The notes under the pieces are model-generated. The model saw nothing but the letters and a program-made list of their open reading frames with translations. It was not told where the DNA came from and made no database searches. The position numbers were made by a program, and so were the translations under genes. Shown here piece by piece: positions 1 through 8,309 of a DNA stretch of 38,293 nt (the stretch's first letter is position 1; the number at the start of each line of letters is the position of its first letter). The stretch is from positions 1-38,293 of the IMG/VR virus record IMGVR_UViG_3300048850_000084; one strand, given 5' to 3'. The stretch is from a virus (Duplodnaviria; Caudoviricetes).

Positions 1-531
1 CACCCGCCCGTGAGCCGCCGGAATCCGTCGGTCACCCGCTTGACGAAATCCGGCTCGCGGGAACGCCAGTAGCGAGGATCGCGCATCATCTTGCGCAGCG
101 CCGCCTCATCCATGGCTTCCGGGGCGTCCGCATGGCGGGCCAGGGCCGGTTCGCCCTTCTCCATCATGCGGTGCAGCGCGATCACCCCGTCGGCTGTGGT
201 GGAGAGCGCCGCCAGCACCTCCTCGGGCAGGTTGACACGGCCCCAGGCGGCAATCTGCCGTGCGGTGCGGCGGAAGCGTTCCTCACCGCCGAACTCGGTG
301 CGGAGCCAGTCGCGCTGCCGCTCCGCCTCGAACTGGGACGCGGCCTCGGCCACGATCGGCAGCAGCCGCTCAGCCGCCAGGTCATAGACGAGTTGCACCT
401 GCGAGGGCGTGAAGCCCGCACGATGAAGCGCTGCGTTCACCTCCGGGTCGGAGCCAATCAGCGCGTGCCGCGGCTCGATGGCATAGTCGTCCGCTGTATC
501 GGGCACGCCGATGGCGCGGCGGAAGCGTCCG
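1..531 (-). pseudogene. 5'-truncated phage-type capsid assembly/scaffolding-like gene (C-terminal ~175 codons)
   Basis: Manual translation: ...RFRRAIGVPDTADDYAIEPRHALIGSDPEVNAALHRAGFTPSQVQLVYDLAAERLLP...FGGEERFRRTARQIAAWGRVNLPEEVLAALSTTADGVIALHRMM...LRKMMRDPRYWRSREPDFVKRVTDGFRRLTGG. It resembles Rhodospirillales capsid assembly proteins. The GC-rich codon pattern stops near 530, and the stop codon probably straddles the window edge. Confidence 0.7.
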
Positions 532-612
532 ATTTTCCGCCAGAGATAACTCTTTGATTTTGCGAGGCTACTAGAGAGCCTTAACCGCGCGCATACCCGG
601 GAATATACCCGG
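532..612. other. Putative prophage attachment junction
   Basis: tRNA-3'-end-like TTCCGCCA (535-542), AT-rich ATAACTCTTTGATTT (546-560), and direct repeats ATACCCGG at 593-600 and 605-612 resembling tyrosine-integrase arm-type sites. Confidence 0.55.
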
Positions 613-789
613 CCACGGAACACTTTAGCCAGAGCTGTGTTGGCGACCGAGTTGACAGGATTGGCGCCGCTCAAGCAGCGAGCAGGTCCGCCCGCGCATG
701 CGCCCGCGATGCGCACAGTGGGAACCACGGCTTGTCTGTGAGCAAGACTCCCGGCTACTGTTTCGACATCACGAAAACGAGAACAATCC

Positions 790-1668
790 TTGCCGTACGA
801 CGCCTTGTACGTGCGCGCCATGCAGCGCGACATCATTGAAGATATCTTTGTACGAACGGCCGACGAAAACTACATAACCGCGCGCTGGTGCGCGTTCAAT
901 TCACTTCAGGTCGATTTCTTTTGGCTTAGTGTACATGCTCTCGAAAAGTACATGAAAGCAGTTATTCTGGTTAATGGCGGATCAGTTGTCGACAAGAGCC
1001 ACGACATTGTCGAACTATTCGATGATGTGAAGTCTCTCGCGCCCACACTCATCCCGGATGTGTTAAAAAAACCAGAAGACTTTATTGAGGAGCTTTGGTA
1101 TCCAAACAACACTCGAGATTTTGTATCTCACCTATTCAGAGAGGGGAATGCCCACAATCGCTATCTGCTTTATGGGTTCCTCAAGCACTTTGCAGATCTT
1201 CCAATGCTGGATCGCACTGTCTTTATCGTTCGCCGCCTGATCTGCAGTTTAGATGAGCCGCTGGTCTCGCAGGCGATCCCAGACGCTCCGACCACTACCC
1301 ATCGGCAGTGGCTTGAGCTCAACTCGAACTATGCTGCGCGCCTGAACATGCCTCTGGACATCATGATTCAGGCCAAAGGTGAGAGCCCGCTTCGGCATGC
1401 AGCGCTAAATCAGAATCATGCGTTTGCGCCTGCCGATTTCCCACACGTGGTGCCGAAGCTGGCGACATCATCACGGAATCCGGTCTTGGTTCGGCGGATT
1501 CTGGAGCCCCTTAAGAGTGATGATTCTGCCACGGCTAGACTTGGAATGACGCTTGCTCAATGGACGCTGAACAATATTAAGCTTCCAGGAAGCAAGCATA
1601 AGCCCGGAATCTTGCAGCAGATCAGGCAAGCAATGGAAAATGCACGGAAGAAGCACCCTGATCTATAG
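790..1668 (+). CDS. HEPN domain-containing protein (moron)
   Basis: ADENYITARW...FFWLSVHALEKYMKAVIL...SHDIVELF pattern typical of HEPN; R-x4-H (REGNAH) followed by NRY; visibly AT-richer than flanks. Confidence 0.75.
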   Translation: MPYDALYVRAMQRDIIEDIFVRTADENYITARWCAFNSLQVDFFWLSVHALEKYMKAVILVNGGSVVDKSHDIVELFDDVKSLAPTLIPDVLKKPEDFIEELWYPNNTRDFVSHLFREGNAHNRYLLYGFLKHFADLPMLDRTVFIVRRLICSLDEPLVSQAIPDAPTTTHRQWLELNSNYAARLNMPLDIMIQAKGESPLRHAALNQNHAFAPADFPHVVPKLATSSRNPVLVRRILEPLKSDDSATARLGMTLAQWTLNNIKLPGSKHKPGILQQIRQAMENARKKHPDL

Positions 1669-1795
1669 CACTCGTACGCAAGTAGCTCGGCATGGCAACT
1701 AAGGGCCTCGATACTCCGGCATCAGGGGCAGGCGACACCAGTCGAATAGGTGGCGCTCTTGGAGCTAATCTCGACCTTTCTAACTACCGCTTCAG

Positions 1796-2131
1796 CTAGC
1801 CGACACGGCGCCCTCTGCCCCGAAGCGGGCGCAGAGGAGCGCCGGCAGGCTGCGCACGCGGCTCTACTTCAAGTGCAGGGACCTGCGCGCGCAGTGTGAT
1901 CCGCTTAGCCTTGGACGCATCGACATATGCACTGACCTCCGATTGAAGCCAACGGACGCACCGAGGGCTCAGCTGCACCCCCAGCGGGAAATTGCCGTCT
2001 TTCATCCATTTGTAGATGGTAGACACTCCCAGGCCCGTCTGAGCGGTCACCTCATCGATGGAGATCAGCCGGTCAGGGGCGGCGCTCTGCGCCCCCAAGA
2101 AGACCGAGCCGTGGATCGAACCGTCAGGCAT
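1796..2131 (-). CDS. AlpA-family regulator / excisionase
   Basis: RLISIDEVTAQTGLGVSTIYKWMKDGNFPLGVQLSPRCVRWLQSEV; ATG at 2131 with purine-rich RBS. Confidence 0.9.
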   Translation of the reverse strand: MPDGSIHGSVFLGAQSAAPDRLISIDEVTAQTGLGVSTIYKWMKDGNFPLGVQLSPRCVRWLQSEVSAYVDASKAKRITLRAQVPALEVEPRAQPAGAPLRPLRGRGRRVG

Positions 2132-2612
2132 TGGCAGCCCCTTCCCTCTCCTTCGCCGCCAGCAACGCGGCACGCGCCACCTTTCCCGCCTCGGTGGCGG
2201 ACCAGCCCTCCGGCGTCTCCACCGCTAGGCGCAGCGCCCGCAGCCGGCGGAGATCCATCAGCAGCGGCCGGTAGTCGCTGGATCGGTCGGCCCGCAGCCG
2301 CGGCGCTCCGCTCTCCGGCAGCCAGAGGAGCGTCCGGCGGTCGCCCCGGCTCAGCGCCTTGATCAGCCGCGCCGCGCCCTCAGCGTCGCTGGTCGGGTTC
2401 ATCAGGACGTAGCTCGTGACCTTGCGGACCCCTAGGGCGGCCAGGATCCGGTCGCTGAGAGGGCGCCGCGCTGCCAAGGTGTCCGAGACGAAGCTCGGCG
2501 CCAGGCCCGCGCCCCGGGCCCAGGCGTCCTGCGAACCCGCCGCAGCGATGGCGGTGCGCAGCAGCCCGTAAAGGTCGGCCTCGCCGATCTGAGTCCCCGT
2601 GGTGTCACTCAT
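2124..2612 (-). CDS. Phage protein with N-terminal HTH-like segment
   Basis: AAGSQDAWARGAGLAPSFVSDTLAARR; overlaps neighbouring genes. Confidence 0.65.
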   Translation of the reverse strand: MSDTTGTQIGEADLYGLLRTAIAAAGSQDAWARGAGLAPSFVSDTLAARRPLSDRILAALGVRKVTSYVLMNPTSDAEGAARLIKALSRGDRRTLLWLPESGAPRLRADRSSDYRPLLMDLRRLRALRLAVETPEGWSATEAGKVARAALLAAKEREGAANA

Positions 2613-2871
2613 CGCCGGCGCGCTCCTGGGCGGGCGGGTTGTCGGCGCGCGGGTTGACGCTACTCACGCCGTAGGCCGCCATGCCGACAGCTGTGGCGAA
2701 GCCGGGATCGGCAGGCAGGGCTTCGACAAGCCGTTGCCCGAGGTCCTGCGTCTCCCCTTTCATGCGGGCAAGCATGTCGAACAAGGTGGAGGTATCCACT
2801 TCAGACGTCACGCACCGCGGCTGGCCCGGAGCATCATCGTGCTTCACAGGCGGCCTCACTTCATCAGCCAT
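2605..2871 (-). CDS. Hypothetical phage protein
   Basis: 88 aa ORF coupled by 8-nt overlaps in the leftward operon. Confidence 0.55.
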   Translation of the reverse strand: MADEVRPPVKHDDAPGQPRCVTSEVDTSTLFDMLARMKGETQDLGQRLVEALPADPGFATAVGMAAYGVSSVNPRADNPPAQERAGDE

Positions 2872-3199
2872 TGCGCGTCTCCATCAGTGCATTCCCGGCG
2901 CCAGCCTCGAGCGTCGCGACGTAGGCGTATCCCCGCGCCGAGAGGTACGCGGCCGAGCAGCCCCCTTCCCGCCCCTCGACCCACCAGTGCCCGCCGCCAT
3001 CGGCAAAGAGCGTGTCGGTGATCCACCGCGCGACCACCTCGCGGCCGTCCGGCGCGCGCAGCTTGTGCGCGAAAGCCGCCTGGTGCTCGGGCGGCACCAG
3101 GCCGTCCCAGACCACCGCCGCCCGGATTTGCTCGCGCTGCAGGCCGGCGCGCCGCTGCACGCTAACGGGAGCGCGAATCCCCTTCATTCCGTCACGCAT
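2864..3199 (-). CDS. Hypothetical phage protein
   Basis: MRDGMKGIRAPVSVQRR...; overlaps with neighbours. Confidence 0.6.
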   Translation of the reverse strand: MRDGMKGIRAPVSVQRRAGLQREQIRAAVVWDGLVPPEHQAAFAHKLRAPDGREVVARWITDTLFADGGGHWWVEGREGGCSAAYLSARGYAYVATLEAGAGNALMETRNG

Positions 3200-3434
3200 C
3201 AGCGGCCCCCGGCGGCTTGACGTGGCGCTGGTAGGCGGTGGAGCGGGCAGCCTCGGCGCGCTTCCAGTGCGACTGGTCCTCGAGCTGGCGCAGGGCATCC
3301 ATGGAGCGGAGCGCCCGGTCGATCGTCCGGAGCACGGAGGCGGCACCAGTGCAGCGCTCGAAGGCCGCCACGATCTCGTCTGTCCGGATCTCCGCGTTGC
3401 TCCGCACGCGCGGCGCTTCGGTGGTCTCACTCAT
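3192..3434 (-). CDS. Hypothetical phage protein
   Basis: 80 aa ORF, translationally coupled. Confidence 0.6.
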   Translation of the reverse strand: MSETTEAPRVRSNAEIRTDEIVAAFERCTGAASVLRTIDRALRSMDALRQLEDQSHWKRAEAARSTAYQRHVKPPGAADA

Positions 3435-3568
3435 GCCGCGTCCCTCAGCAGCCAGCGCAGGATGGGCTGCAGCTCCATGAAGACGGCGGCCGCGAGGAAG
3501 GGCAGCAGAAGCAGGGCGGCCAAGGTGCTGGCCAGGTCCACCGCGGCCCTAGAACGGGATGTCGGCAT
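3431..3568 (-). CDS. Small hydrophobic protein (45 aa)
   Basis: MPTSRSRAAVDLASTLAALLLLPFLAAAVFMELQPILRWLLRDAA; fills the operon gap with an ATGA overlap. Confidence 0.5.
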   Translation of the reverse strand: MPTSRSRAAVDLASTLAALLLLPFLAAAVFMELQPILRWLLRDAA

Positions 3569-3803
3569 CGGCAGCCTCCGAGCGGGTGGTGATGACGCGC
3601 GGCGCCTCGCTGCAGCTCTCGGACCGGAGCACGAAGAACTGCAGCTCGGGGTTTGCGATGGCGAGGCGCTCCGCCTCGCGCTGGGCGTGCTCCGCTGTCT
3701 CGTGCCGGTAGCTCGGCGGCTTCATGCCGGTCGGGCACCAGACCACCCAGAAGGTGCGGAACGGCCGCCGGGCCGCGACCCGGTGCCCGAGCAGGTCACG
3801 CAT
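3549..3803 (-). CDS. Conserved-looking phage hypothetical protein
   Basis: FWVVWCPTGMKPPSYRHETAEHAQREAERLAIANPELQFFVL motif; GGAGG upstream. Confidence 0.7.
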   Translation of the reverse strand: MRDLLGHRVAARRPFRTFWVVWCPTGMKPPSYRHETAEHAQREAERLAIANPELQFFVLRSESCSEAPRVITTRSEAADADIPF

Positions 3804-4143
3804 CGGAGCCGCCCTCCTCCGCCTGATCGGCAGGCGCATCGACGCGAGCCCTTCCTGCCGGCGTCGGGACGTAGGTGTTGAAGGCCACGCCAGCCGCGAG
3901 CCACCCGGCCGCGATGCAGCGATCAATGGCGGTCTGCCGATCGAACTCTGGATGGTCCGCAGCCTTGCTCTGCGGCACGTCGGCATAGATGCCGGCGCGC
4001 CGAACGCAGCCCTTCTCCCGCGCCTTCGAGAGAACGCGGTGGAGCGCCGGGGTGCACTTGTCCTGCGGCCAGGGCCGCGGCTCCGGGACGTGCTCGGGCG
4101 CCTGGCTGTCGAGCGGCAGCGCGATCTGGGTCTCGGTGTCCAT
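3796..4143 (-). CDS. Hypothetical phage protein
   Basis: 115 aa ORF in operon. Confidence 0.6.
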   Translation of the reverse strand: MDTETQIALPLDSQAPEHVPEPRPWPQDKCTPALHRVLSKAREKGCVRRAGIYADVPQSKAADHPEFDRQTAIDRCIAAGWLAAGVAFNTYVPTPAGRARVDAPADQAEEGGSDA

Positions 4144-4148
4144 GGCAG

Positions 4149-5348
4149 TCAGACCCTCATCGGCATGAGGACCGCCAGGCCGGCGGGGAACTCCACCCGC
4201 ATCGGCGCGTGGGGATCCTGGATGTGGAAGGTCAGGCCGCTCGGAACGGCGTGGGCCAAGGCACGCAGGTAGCGCATCTGGAAGCCCACTTGGACCTCAG
4301 GTGAAGCCTCGTCCCAGGCCGCCACGTCCTGCGGCATCTGCAGTTCTGCCTCACCCTGGTCCGGGCTGGCGACGGTGATCCACACCGTGGTGTCACCCTG
4401 GCGCTTCTCGATCCGAACTGGACGCGAGCGCTCGGAGGAGATGCTGGCCGCCATCTCCAGCAGCCGCGCGAAGCCCTTCGGGTCCGGCACCTTCAGGCGC
4501 CGCTTGGCCTGCCCTTGGGCCGGCACGACCCGCCGCCAGTCCGGGTAGGTGCCGTCGATCACCTTGGCCTGGATGACCCAACCCGGCGCGACAAAGCGCA
4601 CGCGCGTGTCCGAAACGGTGACCCTGACGGTGCCGGTCAGGCGCTGGGAGAGAAGGCCCCGCACGACCGACACCGCGCCACGCGGCACGATGACGTCGGG
4701 CATCCGCGCCGCGCCCTCCGGCACCTCCTCCTCCGCCAGTGCGAGGCGATGACCATCCGTCGCCACCGTGCAGAGCTTCGCCTCCGGCGCGGTGGCGATG
4801 TGGAGATAGAGGCCGTTGAGGTAGTAACGCGTCTCCTCGGTGCTGATCGCGTGCCCTGGCAGGGTCAGCAGCCGCCGCAGCGACGCGACCGGAATGTCGA
4901 ACTCGCAAGCCCGCGGTGCTGGCCCGTTGAACGAGGGGAAGTCCTCCGCCGGCAGGGCGAACATCTTCGCGGTGAGACCAGGCGCACGCAGGATCAGGCG
5001 GCCCAGCGCCTTGTCCTCCTCCAGCGTCACTTCGGTATCGGCAGGCAGGCGGGCGAGCAGGTCCACCAGAACCTGGGCGGAGACGGTGACCGGGCGCAGC
5101 GTGCCGCGCGCCGGGGCGCTGGCGGCGCCGCGAAGCTCCATGTCGGTGCCCACAGCCGTCAGCACCTCATCCTCGACCTGCAGCAGCAGGTTGGAGAGGA
5201 TCGGGACCGTGTTTCGCCGCTCGGTGGCGAGCTTCGCGATCCGCGCCGCATTCAGCAGGTGCCCGGCCAGGACCAGTGCACCGCTCGCCGGCGCGACGCT
5301 GGTCGCCTGCACCTCGCCTTTCTCGGCATAGGTCATCCCATCAGCCAT
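4149..5348 (-). CDS. dnaN: DNA polymerase III beta subunit (sliding clamp), phage-encoded
   Basis: PILSNLLL, GTDME, EETRYYLNGLY, VATDGHRLA, VIVPR, IDGTYPDWRRVVP, C-terminal VLMPMRV. Confidence 0.93.
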   Translation of the reverse strand: MADGMTYAEKGEVQATSVAPASGALVLAGHLLNAARIAKLATERRNTVPILSNLLLQVEDEVLTAVGTDMELRGAASAPARGTLRPVTVSAQVLVDLLARLPADTEVTLEEDKALGRLILRAPGLTAKMFALPAEDFPSFNGPAPRACEFDIPVASLRRLLTLPGHAISTEETRYYLNGLYLHIATAPEAKLCTVATDGHRLALAEEEVPEGAARMPDVIVPRGAVSVVRGLLSQRLTGTVRVTVSDTRVRFVAPGWVIQAKVIDGTYPDWRRVVPAQGQAKRRLKVPDPKGFARLLEMAASISSERSRPVRIEKRQGDTTVWITVASPDQGEAELQMPQDVAAWDEASPEVQVGFQMRYLRALAHAVPSGLTFHIQDPHAPMRVEFPAGLAVLMPMRV

Positions 5349-5571
5349 GCGCCTGCACTCCCTCGGTCTCGGGTTGAATTCGGCAGTGAGTGAAGGGGTC
5401 CGGCTCGACATGGCCGGGGTTGCAGCAGCGGCGCCAGCCGCAGACGGCCGCGACACCGTCGGCGCCGATGACGCCCGTCCAGGTCCAGCAGGGCGTGCCC
5501 AGACGCGGATGCGGCGCGTCGCACACCAGGATCAGCCGACGCAGGTCGGACGGGAGGGCGTCGGGTGTCAC
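5341..5571 (-). CDS. Degenerate/miniature HNH-like protein
   Basis: PCWTWTG...CGWRRCCNPGHVEP retains both ends of the phage HNH_3-type motif but lacks the middle. Confidence 0.5.
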   Translation of the reverse strand: MTPDALPSDLRRLILVCDAPHPRLGTPCWTWTGVIGADGVAAVCGWRRCCNPGHVEPDPFTHCRIQPETEGVQAHG

Positions 5572-5840
5572 CGCGGCGCCTCCATGACGACGATCCCGTG
5601 CGCCTCGAGACGAAGGCAGAAGATCTCCACCACCCGCGCCCGGTCAGGGAACGGCAGGGTTCCGTCCTGCCGCGCCACGATGTCGGCGAGCGCGGCGCCG
5701 ACCTGGCGCACGCCCTGCTCAGACAGGGGACCAGCGGCGAGCCGGACGATACTCGACAGTGCGGCGGGAACGTCCCCGACCTTGCTGGTCGCCACGGCGG
5801 CGATGCGATCCATCGCCTCGGCGGGGGTGCAGCACGCCAT
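5568..5840 (-). CDS. Hypothetical phage protein
   Basis: 90 aa ORF, GTGA overlap with next gene. Confidence 0.6.
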   Translation of the reverse strand: MACCTPAEAMDRIAAVATSKVGDVPAALSSIVRLAAGPLSEQGVRQVGAALADIVARQDGTLPFPDRARVVEIFCLRLEAHGIVVMEAPR

Positions 5841-5893
5841 CAGGCCGCCCTCCCCGCGGTGGCGGTCGGCAGGCCGGTGCCTTCGCCCATGGC

Positions 5894-6292
5894 TCAGCCG
5901 CCCTCGATCGCGCGGGCAGCCTCGGCGATGAGGCGGACACCGAATGGGGTCGGATCGACCAGCACGACGCGGCGGTCAGCCGTGCTGATGCGGCGGTGCG
6001 CCAGGTTCAGATCGCGCAGGCGGTCCAGCGCGCGGGTCACGACCGGCTTGGACACCTCGAGCGAGGCGGAGAGGCTCGCCACGGTGGTCTCGCCAGGGCG
6101 CTCTACCGCACGGGCCAGGACGGCGATCTGGCGGACGGTGATGTTCGCGGAGAGCTTCTCCACCGCCTCGAAGGCGGTGGCGACCTTGGCGCCGGCGGCA
6201 CGCAGAGGGGCGCTCTGCAGCTGGGCTGCGGTGGCGCAGCCCGACTGGTTCGGCGTGGCGCGGGCGAAGCCCTTGGGGGACAGGTCGGCCAT
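5894..6292 (-). CDS. MarR-family winged-helix regulator
   Basis: ITVRQIAVL...TVASLSASLEVSKPVVTRALDRL...RRISTADRRVVLVDPTPFG. Confidence 0.88.
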   Translation of the reverse strand: MADLSPKGFARATPNQSGCATAAQLQSAPLRAAGAKVATAFEAVEKLSANITVRQIAVLARAVERPGETTVASLSASLEVSKPVVTRALDRLRDLNLAHRRISTADRRVVLVDPTPFGVRLIAEAARAIEGG

Positions 6293-6295
6293 GGC

Positions 6296-6778
6296 TCAGG
6301 CCCCCGTCACGGTGAAGGGGGCGCCGGCGCTCATCTCGGCCGCGCGCTGGCAGGCGAGTTCCACCAGCTCCGGGACGAAGGAGCCGCGCCGCCGCAGGGC
6401 CTGGGCGCTGCACCCGCCCTTGGCATCGGTGATGTCGATGATGTCCAGCGCCATACGCCGGATGGCGGCCTCGCGCATGAGCGGGCCACGGGTGCGGGCC
6501 CAGGCGTAGGCTTCGTTCAGCAGCCCGGGCCAGGACGGCGCAACGATATGCTTATCGTTGCCGTTCCCAGTCAGGCCTAGCGGGTAAAGGCCGACGCGGA
6601 CCACCGCGCGATCGCGTGATCCGGAAAAGATGTTGGCGGACACATCCGCCTTCGGCCCAAGCATGCCTCGGAGCACGTCGAGGTGGCCCCAGACTGCCTG
6701 GACGGACATAGCCTCCTCCGCTGGCGGCAGGTCGGCGGCGACAGGCAGCGCGGGCTCATTAACGCCGATATCCGGCAT
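6296..6778 (-). CDS. Hypothetical phage protein, first gene of leftward operon
   Basis: 160 aa ORF with GGAGGGAG RBS. Confidence 0.65.
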   Translation of the reverse strand: MPDIGVNEPALPVAADLPPAEEAMSVQAVWGHLDVLRGMLGPKADVSANIFSGSRDRAVVRVGLYPLGLTGNGNDKHIVAPSWPGLLNEAYAWARTRGPLMREAAIRRMALDIIDITDAKGGCSAQALRRRGSFVPELVELACQRAAEMSAGAPFTVTGA

Positions 6779-6827
6779 GGCTCCCTCCAGATCCGGAGGG
6801 GCACTCCCTCCGTACGTGTGGCGCTAA

Positions 6828-6869
6828 TGTGCAGGAACGCAAACGCACGCACAAGTGCAAAAACGCACA
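6828..6869. promoter_or_regulatory. Putative left operators (OL)
   Basis: TGCAGGAACGCA (6830-6841) and TGCAAAAACGCA (6856-6867), same motif as in the cI/cro spacer. Confidence 0.7.
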
Positions 6870-6913
6870 TACCGCATTTTCCATGGCATGGATGCACACG
6901 CGACGCTAACGAT

Positions 6914-6928
6914 GTTCTCGAATCGTTC
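6914..6928. promoter_or_regulatory. Alphaproteobacterial LexA (SOS) box
   Basis: Exact GTTC-N7-GTTC (GTTCTCGAATCGTTC) 18 nt upstream of ATG 6947. Confidence 0.7.
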
Positions 6929-6946
6929 TCGCGGAATGGAGTCGCA

Positions 6947-7234
6947 ATGCCGGCGTATCTACTCGAACCGGACCCGGAAAAACTTTGGCACGCGGACTGG
7001 ACCGCAACCGATCATCAGATCGAATGTGTCGTCATCGCCGAGGATGAAAGTCGCGCACGGCAGTACGCAGCAGACCGGTTCCGTGCTGATCCAGCCCAGG
7101 CAGGACTATCCGACCCTTGGACGCAGGTGGACCTGGTGAGGGTCCGGCGCCTGGACAGCGAGAAGGACAAGGCACCCGATTTCCCCGCGGGGACCGTGAT
7201 CCCGTTCATGGGAATTAAGATGAGCGCAGCGTGA
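6947..7234 (+). CDS. Small hypothetical protein, predicted SOS-regulated
   Basis: MPAYLLEPDPEKLWHADW...; GGAG RBS; convergent with cI. Confidence 0.7.
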   Translation: MPAYLLEPDPEKLWHADWTATDHQIECVVIAEDESRARQYAADRFRADPAQAGLSDPWTQVDLVRVRRLDSEKDKAPDFPAGTVIPFMGIKMSAA

Positions 7235-7251
7235 CCACGCTCATGGCGGGA

Positions 7252-7875
7252 TCAGACGCGGCGGTGGCGTCGCCGCTTGTCATGGACCTTCACCGGCGCG
7301 GCCCATTCGATCTGGGCGTCTAGGATCGGAGGTGCATTGTAGCTTGTCAGAGTGAACAGGTGCTCATGTGACCCGGGCATGACCATTTTTATGTAGGTAG
7401 GCCCGTCAACGACGCGCACCACGCATTCATTGTAGAGGCACTCGCTCCGATCAAAGCCTGCGGCACGGGTGTAGATCAGGGCGTCCCCATCCCAGTAGGC
7501 GGGAAACATGCTCATGCCCCGGACGATAGCCGCCACCGCGCCATCCTCGAGCCCGGGCGGGCCGTCGATTTCATCCAGGGGTTGGTCGCCATCCTCGGGA
7601 ATTGGAAACACTTGCTCTCCGGCCCCTACATAGCCGACCACAGGGATCTTCCTGCCGGATAGGGCGGCCGGCACCGGAACGCGAATGCCTGTGGCCTCTT
7701 GGAGCCGGGCCAGCGTTCTGGCAGACAACGTGTGGCTGATGTCGTCGTTGTTCATGAAGCGGGTGAGAGTCGAGGCAGCCAGCCCAGCCTTTCGCGCTAG
7801 ACCGGTCGCATCCAAGCCCGTCTCGCGCATCATGCGCTCGACCAGCTCCCTTGCCGCCTTCTTCGTCGTGTCCAT
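7252..7875 (-). CDS. cI: CI-like repressor (HTH + S24 peptidase)
   Basis: HTH ATGLARKAGLAASTLTRF; cleavage site VGAG; catalytic Ser in VRGMSMFP and Lys in YIKMV. Confidence 0.9.
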   Translation of the reverse strand: MDTTKKAARELVERMMRETGLDATGLARKAGLAASTLTRFMNNDDISHTLSARTLARLQEATGIRVPVPAALSGRKIPVVGYVGAGEQVFPIPEDGDQPLDEIDGPPGLEDGAVAAIVRGMSMFPAYWDGDALIYTRAAGFDRSECLYNECVVRVVDGPTYIKMVMPGSHEHLFTLTSYNAPPILDAQIEWAAPVKVHDKRRRHRRV

Positions 7876-7876
7876 G

Positions 7877-7955
7877 TGAGCAAACTTGCACAAGGGCGCG
7901 TGAACGTCTGTTTGCAAGAACGCACTTGACCCGTGTGCAATTCCGCACATATGGT
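7877..7955. promoter_or_regulatory. Right operators (OR) and PR-like promoter
   Basis: AGCAAACTTGCA (7879-7890), TGCAAGAACGCA (7913-7924), TGCAATTCCGCA (7936-7947); TTGACC at 7926-7931 lies between two of them. Confidence 0.72.
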
Positions 7956-7963
7956 CCGTGCTC

Positions 7964-8179
7964 ATGGCCGAACTACTCACCCCCTCGGATATCGAACAGC
8001 TCGCTCGCAAGGCGGGCAAGTCGATGGCGGACGTCTGCCGCGAGGCGGGTGTCGCTCCGTCGACCTTCTCGCGCTGGAAGGCGAAGCAGACCGAGCCCAC
8101 GCTCGGTGTGTACCGGCGCCTCTGCGCTGCGGTCGCTGCTCCTGAGGCGTCCTGCCCTCCGGGCGAAAAGCCGACCTAA
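7964..8179 (+). CDS. cro: Cro-like HTH regulator
   Basis: SMADVCREAGVAPSTFSRWK; divergent from cI. Confidence 0.85.
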   Translation: MAELLTPSDIEQLARKAGKSMADVCREAGVAPSTFSRWKAKQTEPTLGVYRRLCAAVAAPEASCPPGEKPT

Positions 8180-8309
8180 CCCATGAACGGGCGCACCAAC
8201 CCCATCGCCCATGCACGTCCAGGAATACCCGTGCGGGTTGATTACCAAGCGTTCCAAATCCCGCCGGGCGTGAGCTCGCCCTCCACAGTCCAGCCAAGGG
8301 AGGCCTGCC

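Noticed and set aside
535-542. tRNA gene
   Set aside because: Only a CCA-like end; no T-loop or cloverleaf upstream
91-557. Plus-strand ORFs 91-387 and 132-557
   Set aside because: Shadows of the minus-strand scaffold-like gene
525-575. Junction frame reads SLAKSKSYLWRKIG, reminiscent of a KSYxELERK-like scaffold motif, suggesting an intact gene
   Set aside because: It overlaps the AT-rich att-like tract, lacks a good start or RBS and has atypical codons; probably coincidence, though it needs an alignment to exclude
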